Assembly: GCF_037042905.1 (NCBI RefSeq)
Contig: NC_087263.1
Coordinates: 9,488,001 to 9,552,000, forward strand
Length of the DNA stretch: 64,000 nucleotides
Direction: 5' to 3'
Source of the DNA: Lytechinus pictus
Taxonomy: Eukaryota
The notes below the pieces were generated by a model that worked only from the letters and a program-made list of their open reading frames with translations, did not search any database and was not told the DNA's origin. Positions 1 to 13,600 of the stretch are shown piece after piece. How positions within the stretch are numbered: the first letter of the stretch is position 1; each line of letters opens with the position of its first letter. A program made the translations under genes and the position numbers.

Positions 1-861
1 TTCACAAAGCAAAATACTGGAAATCCCATCAAAACCTGACAACAAATAGCGAAGCTATTGATTATGCACATGTCTGGGGCAGAAGTATGCCATTTCTGAA
101 TTATCCTAAATTTTTTTTTGTAATAAACCTTTTGCTGAAAAAAAAAAATTGTATTCTGTTAAAAAGCATTGCACTCATACCGAATACACGGCTCTGCATG
201 GCACAACAGTCATCATTATCTGTATTGTATCCAGATCAGTGCTCCACATTTGGAATTGAATAGCGCCCCCTTGTGCTCATGAAATAAAAATGAAATCGGA
301 ATTGGAGATTAATTGTCAGAGAGTATTAGGGGGGGGAGGCATGGGCGGAAATAACAAGGGGACATGGGAACGCGTCCCCCTCACTTTTTGGAAAGGGGGC
401 ACTCAATATCAAATGTCCCCCCCCCCCTGGGAGAAGATAATAACACATATCAAAAAATTGCTTTAAAGAAATTACAGACCAAATTTCTTATCTAAAAATA
501 AGTTTGACCAAGTCAGTGAATGCAACGGTGGCGCTATGACATTTCAATACTGTGGGGGGGGGGGGGGTGGTGCGGTGAGGAGGTGCACATGATGATGATG
601 ATGGTAATAATGATGATCTTGATCATTACCGGGACTGTTTTGAAGGGGGAGGGGCAAAAACACAATCAGATGATGTGTATTTCTTGTTAACGTTTGATTT
701 TATGAAAATATATTATTTGTCTTTGTCAACTAAAACACCCCTACTTTTTTAAACAGAAAAAAAAACACGAATCAAAATCTAAAAATACATTGTAGGGCCT
801 ACATAAGGACCAAGCATTCTCAGCCCCACTTAGTCTGCACCTGCACCCGTATATTATAGTA

Positions 862-1100
862 CACAGCAAAAACTGTGGTGTTAACCGGTGTATATAGAGG
901 ACCACACCAGTTATTTTACACCGGTGTTAAATTGACAGCGTTAGTTTAACACCTACAGGTGTTATTACAGCACCTTTGGTTGTCACATCAACACCCTTTG
1001 GTGTTATGTTCAATCCCTAGGGTGTAATTTTAACACCTCATGGTGTGGTCCTCTATTAACACCAACTGGTGTCAGTTTTAGCACCTCAGTTTTTACAGTG
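862..1100. mobile_element. MITE with CAC(A/T)G termini and TA flanks
   Basis: cacagcaaaaactgtggtgttaa ... tttagcacctcagtttttacagtg inverted ends, TA on both sides, internal aacacc/ggtgtt subrepeats; related decayed copies near 43805-44046 and 44125-44320. Confidence 0.7.
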
Positions 1101-1187
1101 TATTATTAAATATAATTTGTAATTGTTTGCCGGGGTTTCCGCACATTCAAGCTAAGCTTATGGTGGCAACACCTACAACCTTCTTAA

Positions 1188-1783
1188 AGGACAAGTCCAC
1201 TCAAACAAAAAGGTGATTTGAATAAAAAGAGAAAAAACCAACAAGCATAAAACTGAAAATTTCATCAAAATCAGATGTAAAATAAGAAAGTTATGACATT
1301 TTAAAGTTTCGCTCAATTTCACAAAACAGTTATATTCACATGCTTGTCGGTATGCAAATGAGGTGACTGATGACATCACTCACAATTTCTTTTGTATTTT
1401 ATTATTATGAAATATTCCAATTTTCTCCCTGTTGTCGTGTGAAACAATGATTAATTCCTCCCTGAACATGTGCAATCATTGTTTTACTATATGGTTCAAT
1501 CAAGTTGGTCCTTGTTGTCAAATCTATAAACAAATAAAATATTGTATAATTCAAACAATACTAAACAAAAGAAATAGTGAGTGATGGACATCATTGACTG
1601 TCTCATTTGCATGTAACTGAGTTGTGCATATCACTGTTTTGTGAAAAATAAGTGAAACTATGAAATTAAATGTCATAACTTTCTTATTTTACATCCGATT
1701 TTGATGAAATTTTGAGCATAATGCTTGTTTGATTTTTTTCTTCTATTTATTCAAATCAACATTTTCTGGGGTGGACTTGACCT
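1188..1783. mobile_element. Non-autonomous Kolobok-like DNA transposon
   Basis: ttaa|aggacaagtccac ... gtggacttgacct|ttaa: long imperfect TIRs, TTAA TSD, AGG start; a related decayed fragment lies at about 3470-3930. Confidence 0.75.
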
Positions 1784-1859
1784 TTAACTCGTTATGTTAT
1801 AGAAAATACAACCTTGTTATTGTTATGTAGGCCTACTCTGTATTTTCTTTGTTATTTAG

Positions 1860-2427
1860 ATTAGATTACTGTAACAGCCTATTAACATTCCCGTTCCCCA
1901 AGTGTATTTGAAGCGCCTACAAAGTTTAAAAAACTGGGCAGCCCGTATTATCTTTAAGGTGGACCGACGTCATGATCCTGGCCCTTTACTTAAATCTCTT
2001 CATTGGCTCCCTGTAAAGAAGAGAATTGTCTTTAAATTGCTTCTTTTTGTCTTCAAAGCCTTTAATAACCAAATGCCAAAATATATCAAAGATAGCCTTG
2101 CTTCCCATAGACCAACTCGCCCTAATCTCCGTTCATCTAAAGACCCATATCAGTGCTTGCCATACCCAAAACTCGTACAAAAACAGGTGATCGCACATTT
2201 AGTGTTACTGCTTCTAAAGAATGGAACAACATCCCCACTTTCATTAAATCATCAAATTCTTCAGATCAATTTAAGAAACTTCTAAAAACATACCTCTTTT
2301 CCGATAAATTTCTTTTGCGTGTATTTGTATTGTAATTATTATGTACTTTTGTTTTAAATCGTTTGTAAACGCTGTGATATAGTCAACTATGGAGAGCGTA
2401 CTAAATGCTAGTTATTATTATTATTAT
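1860..2427 (+). mobile_element. 5'-truncated L2/CR1-group LINE, 3' end of ORF2 plus tail
   Basis: LDYCNSLL...LQSLKNWAARII...LKSLHWLPVKKRIVFK...GDRTFSVTASKEWNNIP...FKKLLKTYLF with a frameshift near 2150, then 3' UTR and (tta)n tail. Confidence 0.85.
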
Positions 2428-2590
2428 TTGTATATGAGAAGTTGAAAAAAAAAATTTTTATTGAGAAAATGCCCTTGCATCATTATGATCACCATCACTG
2501 GCGCCTGGCGTAATAGATGGATGGAGGTATTGCTAAGTTGACCTATATAATTATATAGCCCCCCCCCCCCTCCTCTGTGTAGAAAAGGGA

Positions 2591-4710
2591 CAGGGACCTG
2601 AGAAGCGGGGGTGCTGGGGGTGCTGAAGCACCCCCAGAAATTATCCTGGGGGTGCTGCGTGTATTATTTTCCATAGGCAGCACCCCCACGAAATCAGGTT
2701 CCCCCTGTATTTTTTAAAATATGTTATAATGTACATAATTATCACATCCGACAATCGCAAATCATTTACATAGTCTTTCACATATTCCAATAACATCCCT
2801 CCTATAACGCGACTCAATCAAGCTCCAGCCGCGGGGCAGCACTCCGATACAGACGTGGTCGCGCGCAATACGTGATAACCATACACACTCTTCGATATCA
2901 AGGAGGGACATGGGGTGGTTGGACTTGAAACTTCCAGGTTTTATGTCGAATCAAGTGAGCGCTCGCCCGACCGCCCGTGTATTGTATACAAAAATTACAA
3001 GTCAGACAATAGAAATCAAATTTCACAGTCTTTTTCGCCCTACGGGCTGGGAAGCGGGGTGCTGGGGGTGAAGCACCCCCAAAATTTGGGGGTGCTGCGT
3101 GTGTTATTTTCCATAGGCAGCGCACCTCCTAGAAATCTAGTGGTAGGTATGATAAATGACAGAAATGTAATGAAAATGAATGACGTTTTGAAGAACACCC
3201 CCCCCCCCCACTTCAGAATTTTCCGACACATTACTTGAAATAGTGTTTAAATTCACCCTCTTTCAGATCGGAATATCAAATATTTTCTGCTCGCGCTTCG
3301 CGCTCGCATTATTGATTTTTATAATGAAAAATGTATTTAGAATGCCCAGATACTAGGCCTAACTCTAAACACGCACACGCATGTTTATTCAGATACGCAG
3401 CTTGATTTGGGGGGGGGGGGGGGTACTCCGGGCTGAAAATATTTATATCAAATACATTTTATCAAAATAAATAAATTTTATCAAAATCTGATAACGATTA
3501 GTTAAGTTATTTAATTCTAAAGTTTAGCAATATTTTATGAAAATGGATGTCGTCATGAATATTCAATAGCTGGGCTGATGCTGTCACATCCCCTCTATCC
3601 TAGCTGTTCCTTGTGGAATCAAAATTGTTTCATTTTTTTTTCTAACCAGAATGAATGATATGTCTCCCTTATAATGACATAAGTTGCAGCAAAGAATATC
3701 TAATGGACTAAATCAATTGTCAATTCAACTGTTTTGGTTCTTGAAAGGAAAATATTGAATAAACCTAATTTTATGTAATAAAATACAAAAGAACAAGTGG
3801 GGAATAATGCTAATCTTTAAAATGCAATAACTGTGATATTCCTTGTCTGATTTTGATCAAATCTGTATTCTTATGTTCGTCTGAGTTTTCTTTATCTGTT
3901 CAAACCATTTTACATTCAGTGTGGAATTTCAGTTCAGAATATCAAAATTTTCTGCTCGCGCTTCGCGCTCACATTATTAATTTAAGAATATATCCAATTA
4001 CCCATCATTTTCTTGATTTACAAAACATGAATAGAATGTCCCGTTTTCAGGTCCAAAATCTCAATTTTGTTTCCGCTCGCGCTTTGCGCTCGCATCAATT
4101 GTATAGTTATATACCTATCCTGTTCATGATTAGAAAAGTGCATAAGATGTCTCGTTTTTAGGTTTGAAATCTCATTTTTATTTCCGCTCGCGCTTTGCGC
4201 TCGCATCGATAATAGTTTTATACCTATCCTCATCATGATTAGAAAAGTACTTAGAATCTCTCGTTTTTTGGTCTGAAATCTCAATTTTGTTTCCGCTCGC
4301 GCTTCGCGCTCGCATCAATTGTATATATACCTATCCTGTTCATAATTAAAAAACGTGCTTAGAATGTCCAGTATTTACGTCGGAATGTCAAATTTTCAGC
4401 TCGCGCTTCGCGCTCGCATTATTTGATTGTTGATATATGCATCGTCTTCATGGGTAACTGCAAGCAGTCCTTATAACACGTCCCTTTTGATCAGGCCAGA
4501 GCATATATAAAAAATATCTGCTCGCGCTGATCGCGCTCACAATTATTATTTGTTACATACACATCTTGGATCACAAACATTGCTCAAAATTTTCAATTTT
4601 CAGGACAAAATACATGAAATTTCCACAAAAAATAGCTCGCGCTTCGCGCGTGAATTATCTTATTATATATTTATGTTCTTTTATAAGAAGAAAGCTAAGA
4701 AGTGACTGTC

Positions 4711-4745
<35 letters not shown>

Positions 4746-4864
4746 GTATGTGTGTGTGTGTGTGTAATTATGGAAAAGTCAATTGTGTCTGCCCCCCCCC
4801 CCCCCCCCCACCTCTGAGGAGAGATTTCAGCACCCCCACTGAAAAAAGCGTTCCCAGGTCCCTG
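2591..4864. mobile_element. Non-autonomous hAT-like element, 2.27 kb
   Basis: TIRs cagggacctgagaagcg / cgttcccaggtccctg; perfect 8-bp TSD aaaaggga (2583-2590, 4865-4872); internal ~117-bp tandem units with ctcgcgcttcgcgctcgcat; no transposase ORF. Confidence 0.85.
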
Positions 4865-5492
4865 AAAAGGGATGGGTCTAAAGTAAAGAAAAGAGTGTAA
4901 AATATGGTATTTTCTGAGTATAAGCTCCGAATGTTTATAAAGTTTGTCCCATATTCATGGTCTCTGCCCCTCAATATTTCGCTCATTGATTCTGTTTCTG
5001 TCTCTTTAACATAAACAGATTCAGTTTCTGTCTCGCTAGCTAGCTCTGTGTAACAGAAACAGATTCAATCGTGTCTGTGTATTAAAGACTATGTCCGCTG
5101 GCAACGCAATATCGACCGCATCTCCATTACACGTACACACACTCCCATTAACACACACACAATTAACTTCCTAGCAACGATACACAATGCATGAGTGACT
5201 ATCGCGGGGTAAGGAACTTGTCGCGATCTTGAAGTTGATCTCGAAAATACTCACTCATACTTTGTTGACTAGGCCTATGCTTTTGCTTACGGAGGAGGAC
5301 AACTTTTAGTAATGATTCCCTGATACAAAGGTATGTATGAAAAAATTGCTGCCATCAGAGTTGTGATATATATGTGAACATTGTTGTGCAGCGCTGAGTT
5401 TTCATGTTTGTGAACGCTGTAGACGTAGTCCCATGTGTTAATTTCCGTGTAAAGTTTATTTATGGTTGACATATCCACGTTAGGGCAGAGCC

Positions 5493-5938
5493 TAGACAGC
5501 TGGCAGCCGTCTGTTTCGAGGAGTTTTTTAACATTTTTTTTTTTTTAATTTCTCCTCGTACACAGACGGCTCGCTAGCGTGCAGCCACCATTAGGGGACT
5601 TGCAATGCAAAATCCCCCCGTCGGGGCTCTTCAATTTTTGTCTTTAATGAATAAAAATTTTGAAAATTAACGCGACCAAAATGCAAATTAATATTCCCTC
5701 TTGGCATTAATTGCCAAAAAACGGAGAAAAATCAAGGTAAAAGGAACACAAACAGTGACTTACCTCGGCTGTCGCGCAAATTCACTTCCCCGTTTTATCC
5801 GATCTTAAGTACATAAACATATGGCCATTGAGTCCCCTGTACAGATCGCGCTAGAACTTCGGTCTCTGTATTTGGTGAGTGAAGCCAACGGAGTTCAGCT
5901 GAACAACCAACATAACAGAGACCGAAGCTTTTGGTCTA
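5493..5938. mobile_element. 446-bp insertion with TAGAC...GTCTA ends and 9-bp TSD (Academ-like, tentative)
   Basis: ggcagagcc direct repeat at 5484-5492 and 5939-5947; a hairpin near each end; inverted copy of the right end at 6127-6208. Confidence 0.65.
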
Positions 5939-6399
5939 GGCAGAGCCTTACTAGCCGAGGCCGATAATTATGATCGAGACTATAACTTATTAAGTATCCT
6001 CAGTCTATTTTGAAGAAACAGATCTATCTAGAGAGATCTTTGTTCTGAACATCTTGTCTTGTCTTTGTAGATACTTCATGTTTATCATCAAAATTCACAA
6101 TACAATGACAATGTCATGAAATTTAATAGACCAAAAGCTTCAGTCTCTGTATTTTGGTTGTTCCGCTGAACTGCGTTGGCTCACTCACCAATACATAGAC
6201 TGAAGAGCTTGGAGGCCCGTACGTACAGACAACGTATGTTAGCAGTTACGTTAGATCTAACAGTGGAAACCCGATTTTCCGATCGTTTATATGTAATGTA
6301 GGCCTAGGGCCTACATAAAATGTCACATTATGAAAAAGAAATCACATCCATATTTACGAAAAAATGTTTAAAATTCAGAAATATCGTACCTTAGACCGC

Positions 6400-6730
6400 A
6401 GTTACCGCTAATTCCTTTCAAACGATGATCGAAACATCGTAATCTTCTATCCTTTCGTTGGTCAACGTAAGTTTCCATTTTGGATGACGTCATCATCTTT
6501 ACAGACGTATTTACCAGTCGCTATATATCGCGATTTGTGCCGCTGCTTTGCGCCTGTACATGTAGATGTGCGTGCGTTCGGAACTTGTTGCTCGCATTGA
6601 TTGGCCAAGATATCGAAAATTTAATCGGAAAGCCTCGATAAAAGCACAACTCGTTGACGGCTGCCATATTTTCCTCTCCGGCAGAAAATTAAAAAATAAG
6701 GAATAACCCGGGGAATAACTCATCGGTAAC
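6400..6730 (+). promoter_or_regulatory. Candidate promoter / non-coding first exon of the EFCAB6-like gene
   Basis: Locally CpG-rich; TGACGTCA at 6485-6492; ATTGG (reverse CCAAT) at 6600; candidate donor catcg|gtaacg at 6725/6726 and acceptor catgtag| at 7337. Confidence 0.4.
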
Positions 6731-7444
6731 GTATATTTTCGATATTTTATAGATTTTACATCGTATCAATAGAAAGATTAGAAAATAGTGGGCCTTCGTT
6801 CAAGATAATATAATGTCATTTAGAATCTAAAAGAAATGAAAAATCTGGACAAAACCCACCCTCCGAATTGTCGAGCCAGATTACACATGCAGGCTCACAC
6901 TAACACACTACCGTCGGTAAATGGGGATTATAGTAAAATGTCAGAAATTGTTGAATAAATCCCCAGAAACGACGGTTATTCCTGTCTAGAAATTTAACTG
7001 TTAACATTCTGTCCACCATCTGCCTGACCATGAGACTGAGTCTGAGACAGTGACAATCTGCTATTTTTTTTCTAACAAAAAGTAACAAGTTAAGGAAGTA
7101 GAATATCTTAATCTTTATTTAGGTTATATTTCAATGAATGTGTATTAAAGTGTGAATATAATTAGACTAAGTCAATGACAATGAAACATTCTCTTAGTAG
7201 AATTCACTGTGGATTTGCCTTGAAATTTGAAGTTAATAATTTTTTTCCTTGTCCATAAGAGCTTTGACTTAAATCTACCCACTATCTAATGTTGCATCAT
7301 TATTGACATGTATTTCTTTTTGGTCTCATTCATGTAGATGGAATAATCAGCTCTCTTTACCCTAACACATTCGTCACCCATTTTTAACTGAAGATAAATT
7401 GCATCACAAGTGACAAAATCAAGAAGGAAATTTTTTCGAGCAAG

Positions 7445-7604
7445 ATGGCGAGTCAAGTCGCACAACCGACAGACTTGACTCTGCGCCCAGGCACAGGTAT
7501 CCTCTTCACCCCAAGGCAGATCCTCAAGACAGCCAAACATTCAAGGTCAGGGAGCAAGTTGTCACGCAAGTCATTTGACCTTGGATTTACCCCTTCTGGG
7601 AGAG
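7445..7604 (+). CDS. EFCAB6: EFCAB6-like coding exon 1 (MASQVAQ...FTPSGR)
   Basis: ATG in caagATGg context; donor AG|gtaagt; phase 1 fits exon 2. Confidence 0.75.
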
Positions 7605-10600
7605 GTAAGTTAAGAGTTTATAGGGGGGGTTATCAATGTTGAAAGAGATTCTTTTTTTAGATTAAGTTAAAAAAAAATACAGTTTACCTTTTTTTATTCC
7701 GGTGGATGGTTTCATTCTAAAGATGATTTGTGAGGCCATATAAGTAACATTAATTTTAAGGGCTTTAACATTGATTTGTAAAATTGATTTTAAGATTGAT
7801 TAAATATTCCCATTAGCATTCAATGTATGATATACAGTGTAGTATACATGCTCCCCAAATCAATGTTTTAAAAAACTTGATATAATTGTCAATATTATGG
7901 TAATATACATGTAGGGGGCTATATAATTATGCAATTCTATAATATCATGTAATTTTGCTGTATTTTAAATATCATTAGGATTTTTGTTTGGCGTACTTTC
8001 TAGCTTTTATCATAAAGCCCCCACCAATTTTCATTCAAAAGTGAAATACTTCTCCCCAAAACAATGCGAAAACAATATTGTAAAGTATGTGTGATATATT
8101 TTTCAATACTATTGTACAATACTATTTGCAATCTATTAGATGAGTTTTTTTTAAGAGAAATATTTTAGATATCATTATCATTTTTTTTTCTAGCTGCATC
8201 ATCAAGTCCCAACCTCAGCCCACCACTCCCAAGTGCCTCTTTGGATGCCAAACTCAGTGTGATTGAAGTTGAACAGATACTGAGGGAGCAAATCAAGAAA
8301 TTCTATACAGATCTCAAACAGGTTAGTATTAAAAGTTAAAGCCAATTTGAACAGTCAGAGTGAACCTATTTTTTTAAAGAGTCTCTAAAATTATGGTCAT
8401 TTGTTAGCATAACATACTTTGTGAAGACTTGCCCACATTAAAAACGGTTTTGTGAAATCTTCCGACTCAACAGCTACTCTTGTGAGATTACTTTTCAGCC
8501 ATAGGCTACATCTTTATAGTTCACTATAATTGTCATTGCTTGATTTAAATTGAAATGTATATGATCATAGTTCAAGAAACAAAAATAAAAATGTTGACTG
8601 TTGTCTTTTCGATAAACATGATGTAGTATTTTCTTTTAGACACAATATTCTGGTTATTTCAAATAATCTTTCAAAAGAAATGAGAAAACTTAATTTCGAT
8701 AACTGATTTTAAGAGGAAATTGAAATCATTTTTTTATCAAAAGTCAAAGAGCCAAAAGAATGTAGTTTCTTGATTTCATAAGAAACATTACCAATACTTC
8801 TTTGTATTGCATGTTTCTGATTGGAGAATAAGATCGTGTTCTATTTTCTCTCCTCTTTTTTTTCAGGCATGCCAAAACTACGACATCGACCAGAGCCTGA
8901 CCATCACTAAGGGCGAGTTGCGGCGTGTCCTTGACACCTTCTGTCTGCCGATGACCACCGATCAGTTCAATTCCGTCATGGCCAAAGTACCGACCAACAC
9001 CAATGGAACGGTCAACTATTGCATGTTCCTTGACCGCTTCATAAACACTGGAGCCGTCTCGAGGGAATCTTGGAAGATGGGATCGGGATACAAGTGAGTC
9101 ATTGTTGATTTTAGCCACTTTCCTGTATAAATATTAAGTAAATAAAGTATGTTGAGCAATTTGAGATTGGTATTGCTTGCTGGATTACTCCCTAAGGAGT
9201 GGAGAAGTGCATACAGAATATGCATGTGAAACAGAATGGGCACCAGTTGGATGTGAAAGCCAAATACTACTGGGGCCCGTTTCATAAAGGACTTGCAACT
9301 GTTGTAATTTTGCCATTATGGCAACTACCATGGTAACCTTGATTTTGATTGGCTGCTGAGCCCTGTTACCGTGGTAGTTGCCATAATGGCAAAGTTACAA
9401 CAGTTGCAAGTCCTTTATGAAATGGGCCCCTGGTTTGCTTTGCAATTAGAGATTCATTGCTCTTGCTTGAAATGCTCCCCAGGGAGAGGAGGAAGTGCAT
9501 ACATCTTGCTAAAGACAATCTGAATTCAGACCAAATCATTTTTTTTTAGGTCATAGAAAACATAGATTTTGAATTAAATGGCTTGTTCTACATGATATTC
9601 AGGTTTTGTATCAATTATAAGTGGCATCCCTGACAATGGGAAATGATGTACTGGGGGGCGTTGCATGAAAGGACTTGTCGGACGTTTTATCCGACAAGTC
9701 CCATTTTATCCGACAGTTACCATAGGAACAGTGCCTCTCAGCCAATCAACATCAGAGAAAGATGTAAGATCTGACAACTTGTCGGATGAAAATGTTGATG
9801 AAACACTCCCCTCAGGTGTATCTGTAATAAAGCACTTGGTAGAGTTCACCATCATTTTTATTCAGCACGTTTAGAAATGATTAATTTGACTGGAGGTCAA
9901 AAACTGAGCCATGGACACCTGTATAATGTATTCAGAATGACATTCATCTCATTCACCACTGCTATCAGGGAAATAAACAAAAATGAGATGATGACGTAAA
10001 TCATTATCGGTACAAATGGTTATCCGTTTAATTGGTGCTTTAAAATGCATGTTTTACTTTGTATGATTTGCCTGTGTAGAATCAGAACATATTGTACGTT
10101 TTACCGAACTTTGATGTCATTCCATAGTCCCTACAATGTAATTGCTGTGCGATGCAGTGCTGTATTGGCCGGTCTAATGAATAATGATTTATTAAAGTTA
10201 TATAATAATTATATTGGATGGCTTGTCAAAAATATTCTGCTTATTATGAGCAATATTTCACTCATCTATGATTCATGCAATATTGGCCCTAATTTGTGGA
10301 ATATTTTTTCCTGGCATCCAATGCTTAGCCGTAGAATGTAATGATTATCCAATAGTTGAATTAGTCACACATCTGTTCACTATTCCTCATTAGGTACAGC
10401 TATACAAAATCCCCTGCTGACATGGGTATTGACGTCATCGAACGCCAACTCAGGGATAAGATCGCTGTCAACACCAAAAACTTCATGAAAGCCGTACGCC
10501 TCTTCGACTACAACCGCGATGGCAGGATCCAGAAACACGAGCTGCGTAAAGTGATTGAAAACTACTGCTTTAGAATGACGGACGAACAATACGATAGGTG

Positions 10601-13600
10601 AGATAACGAATGCAGTGATTTAAAGCTAATGACCTGTAGTTGCAACTAACGATTTCATCAGAAAGTCTTGAAATCAATGTCAATTGTCACAATATCATGT
10701 TAGGTCTACCTGTAGCTTCTGGTCTATTTACATTAACCCAACTCTGTGAAATTATGAAATCTAAGCTGAAAACTTACAACACTAAAGATCATTAACACAG
10801 ATAATGATATCATATGTGGGACAATGTGTCATTATTATTGCTTGGAAAAAGACCCAACATCCATCTGAATTGCCATGCTTATTTTGTCAGTTTCTCAGCA
10901 CTTACACATTTCAACCCAAATCATTTGGCCCATATATTTTTTTATTAGACATACATGTTTGAACCATTTAGTGGTAATTTATTGGCGTTTGTTCAAACTT
11001 ATTAGATTGTTACTACAATTGGTATTTATTTGTTAAGTGTTCTTGGAAAAAAAAAGGATATTGATTGATAGCAGAATTGTGGAAATGAAAATGGAAATCC
11101 ATATTTTATTGTTGGAAATCAGAAATAAGAATCCTCCAAAATTTCATTTTGCCCAATTTATCGTGGGCTACACAGACTGACGTTGCTATATACCTTACAC
11201 CGTTGAGCGCCAAACAGGGTAGCAGAAACTCCCATCTTTTAATGTCTTTGGTCTGACGCAGCCGGGGTTTAAACTCCCGACCTCCCGGTTTTGAGACGGA
11301 CGCTCTACCAACTGAGCTAACACAACAGTAATCAATAAATGAACTTTAATCTTTTAATTCATTTTGTCCATTGCAAGAAATCTCTGTTCATTCTGAATTT
11401 TCAATTTTCTTTCCCCTGTTTCTTTCCATATCATTTAGGTTGTGGGCTAGATATGATTTCCACCATAGTGGGATAGTAAACTACTATGACTTCCTACAGA
11501 GACTAGGTGTTCTGGTCCAAAAACATTCAAAGGCCTTCCCTGAACATGGAAAATTTGGTAAGAAACTTCATTACAAATAACTATGGATTGTGTATGTAAT
11601 TGACCAATACAAAATTATGAAAATGTATGGTATATGTATGCGGTAACTTTGCCTAAATCAAATCTTTTAAGATTTGCATAATTTGGTTTTAAAAAATTAC
11701 TTCAATTTAGGGGAATATTTGACTAATAGAAATTTGACTAACACAAGTTTACCAATACATGTATGTTATTGATTGTAGTGCATGAACCAGGAAAAAATAT
11801 TATTTTTACTTCATGAAATTACACTTTGCTATTTGCTTTTTAATAGTTGTTTTTGCCCTCAATAATACTCATATAATAATAATCATAAATAAATGAAGGA
11901 AGTTTTAAGAAATGCATCTAAGGAGGAAAGAGATAAAAGGAGCTGTAAAGGCTTGTTTGTGAGTGATATAACAAACACTCATGGCAATTTTTCTTCTACA
12001 AATCAGTGAGATGTAAGCACCCCTCTTCAGATAAACGCCTCCGAATGTAGGAGGCAAAAAACTGTGGCCAATTTTTGTATGATGTACAAATCTTCTATTA
12101 AGGTATCGTTATGGGAAATTTGACATGACTTTCATATTTAATCATTCAGTCTCAATTGTATTCTAAACATATAGGCCCGCATTCTGAAGTCGGGTTTAAC
12201 TTAAACTCAGGTTTAAAGTTGTGGTTTAAGTATGGAGAGCCAATTGTTACATAAATCACTAACAGTAGAGATATACTTCAGCTCATTTGGCTCTCAAATC
12301 ATTCATAATTGTCTAGGAAGAATAAAATGGTTTTTTTTTGTGTGTGATCTTTTAGCACAAAGCTGGAACCAACGGCAAGATGACCGAACCAAGCATGTCG
12401 AACAAATGGCAATCATTAACAGAACAGATGATGCAGTGAGAGGGATGAGCTATAAACAACTTGAAGCAGAATTCAGAAACAGGGTAATTATTGTCTACTT
12501 GTCCTTGTTTTTATGATGTTAATGGTGATGATGGTGATGATGATGGTAGTGATAATGGTAATGATAATTGATGATGATGATGATTATGGTGATGGTTATG
12601 ATGATGGTGATGATGATGATGATGATGATGGTGGAGATGGTGATGATGATGATGGTGATGGTGATGATGGTGATGATGATGACAATAGTGATGATGGTAA
12701 TGATGATGGTAATGATGATGGATGATGATGTTGATGATGATGGTTATGATGATGGTAGTGATAATGGTAATGATAATGGATGATGATGATGGTGATGATA
12801 GTGATGATAATAGTGATTATGATTATGGTTGTGATGGTGACAAGGATGATTACGATGCTGATGATGATCACATTGATGTTGAAAATAATTGTGATGGCAG
12901 TGAAATAAGTGCAAATATACATTTGTTTGCTCTTGTTGATATATTACTAGGAATGTTCACTGATTATAGTCAGTAAGATATGAGAAAAAATTATGGTATG
13001 TTCACATTTGATGCTATTGAAAAATACAATGATAAATTTTTAATTCTAGTTCATCATTCAATTGACTGAATCATTCATACGTTGTGTATCTCTTCTCTTA
13101 CAGATGAAAGATAATTATGTGAACATCAAGAAAGCATTCATGGCGTTTGATAAGCGTCAAGACGGATTTATCACCCTCGATGATCTTAAGAGTGTTCTCA
13201 TTCATTTCACGCTCCCAATGTCAGATCAGCTATTTGCACAACTTATGGAAAGGTAATAATATTGTCCAAAAAATACTCTATTTATTCAAATAATATTGTG
13301 ATTGGTATAGTGCCATTGTTTGTATAAAACATATATTCTGCTAAAAGTTCATTTTGATTTAGCCAAATAGTTCAAGATATGTTTGATAAAAAAACTTGCT
13401 GCAAGGTTGAATGGTGAATACTACAAGGGCGTGGTCTACTTGCACGCCCCAGATTATTTAATTTTTAAGGACAGACCTACAAGTCACAGTAATTCAGTTC
13501 ACTTTTCCCCGCCCAAGCACAGGCGATGCCAAACAGATAATGATGATAGTTATGTATGTATGTAATAATAAAGTATGTTCTTAATCTTTGTGTTCTGTTT

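Noticed and set aside
258..280. CTCF-like motif agcgcccccttgtg (similar at about 31006, 34175, 36243)
   Set aside because: Single short motif matches with no supporting evidence
1902..2335. Host protein-coding gene
   Set aside because: Frameshifted C-terminal fragment of LINE ORF2 without the RT core
5755..5830. Minus-strand exon with GTAAGT donor at about 5763
   Set aside because: Lies inside the TSD-bounded 5493-5938 insertion; no partner exon found
12513..12976. Poly-Met/Asp/Ile/His ORFs (also 21684-22180, 38108-38707)
   Set aside because: Translations of GAT/GGT microsatellites; no splice or domain support
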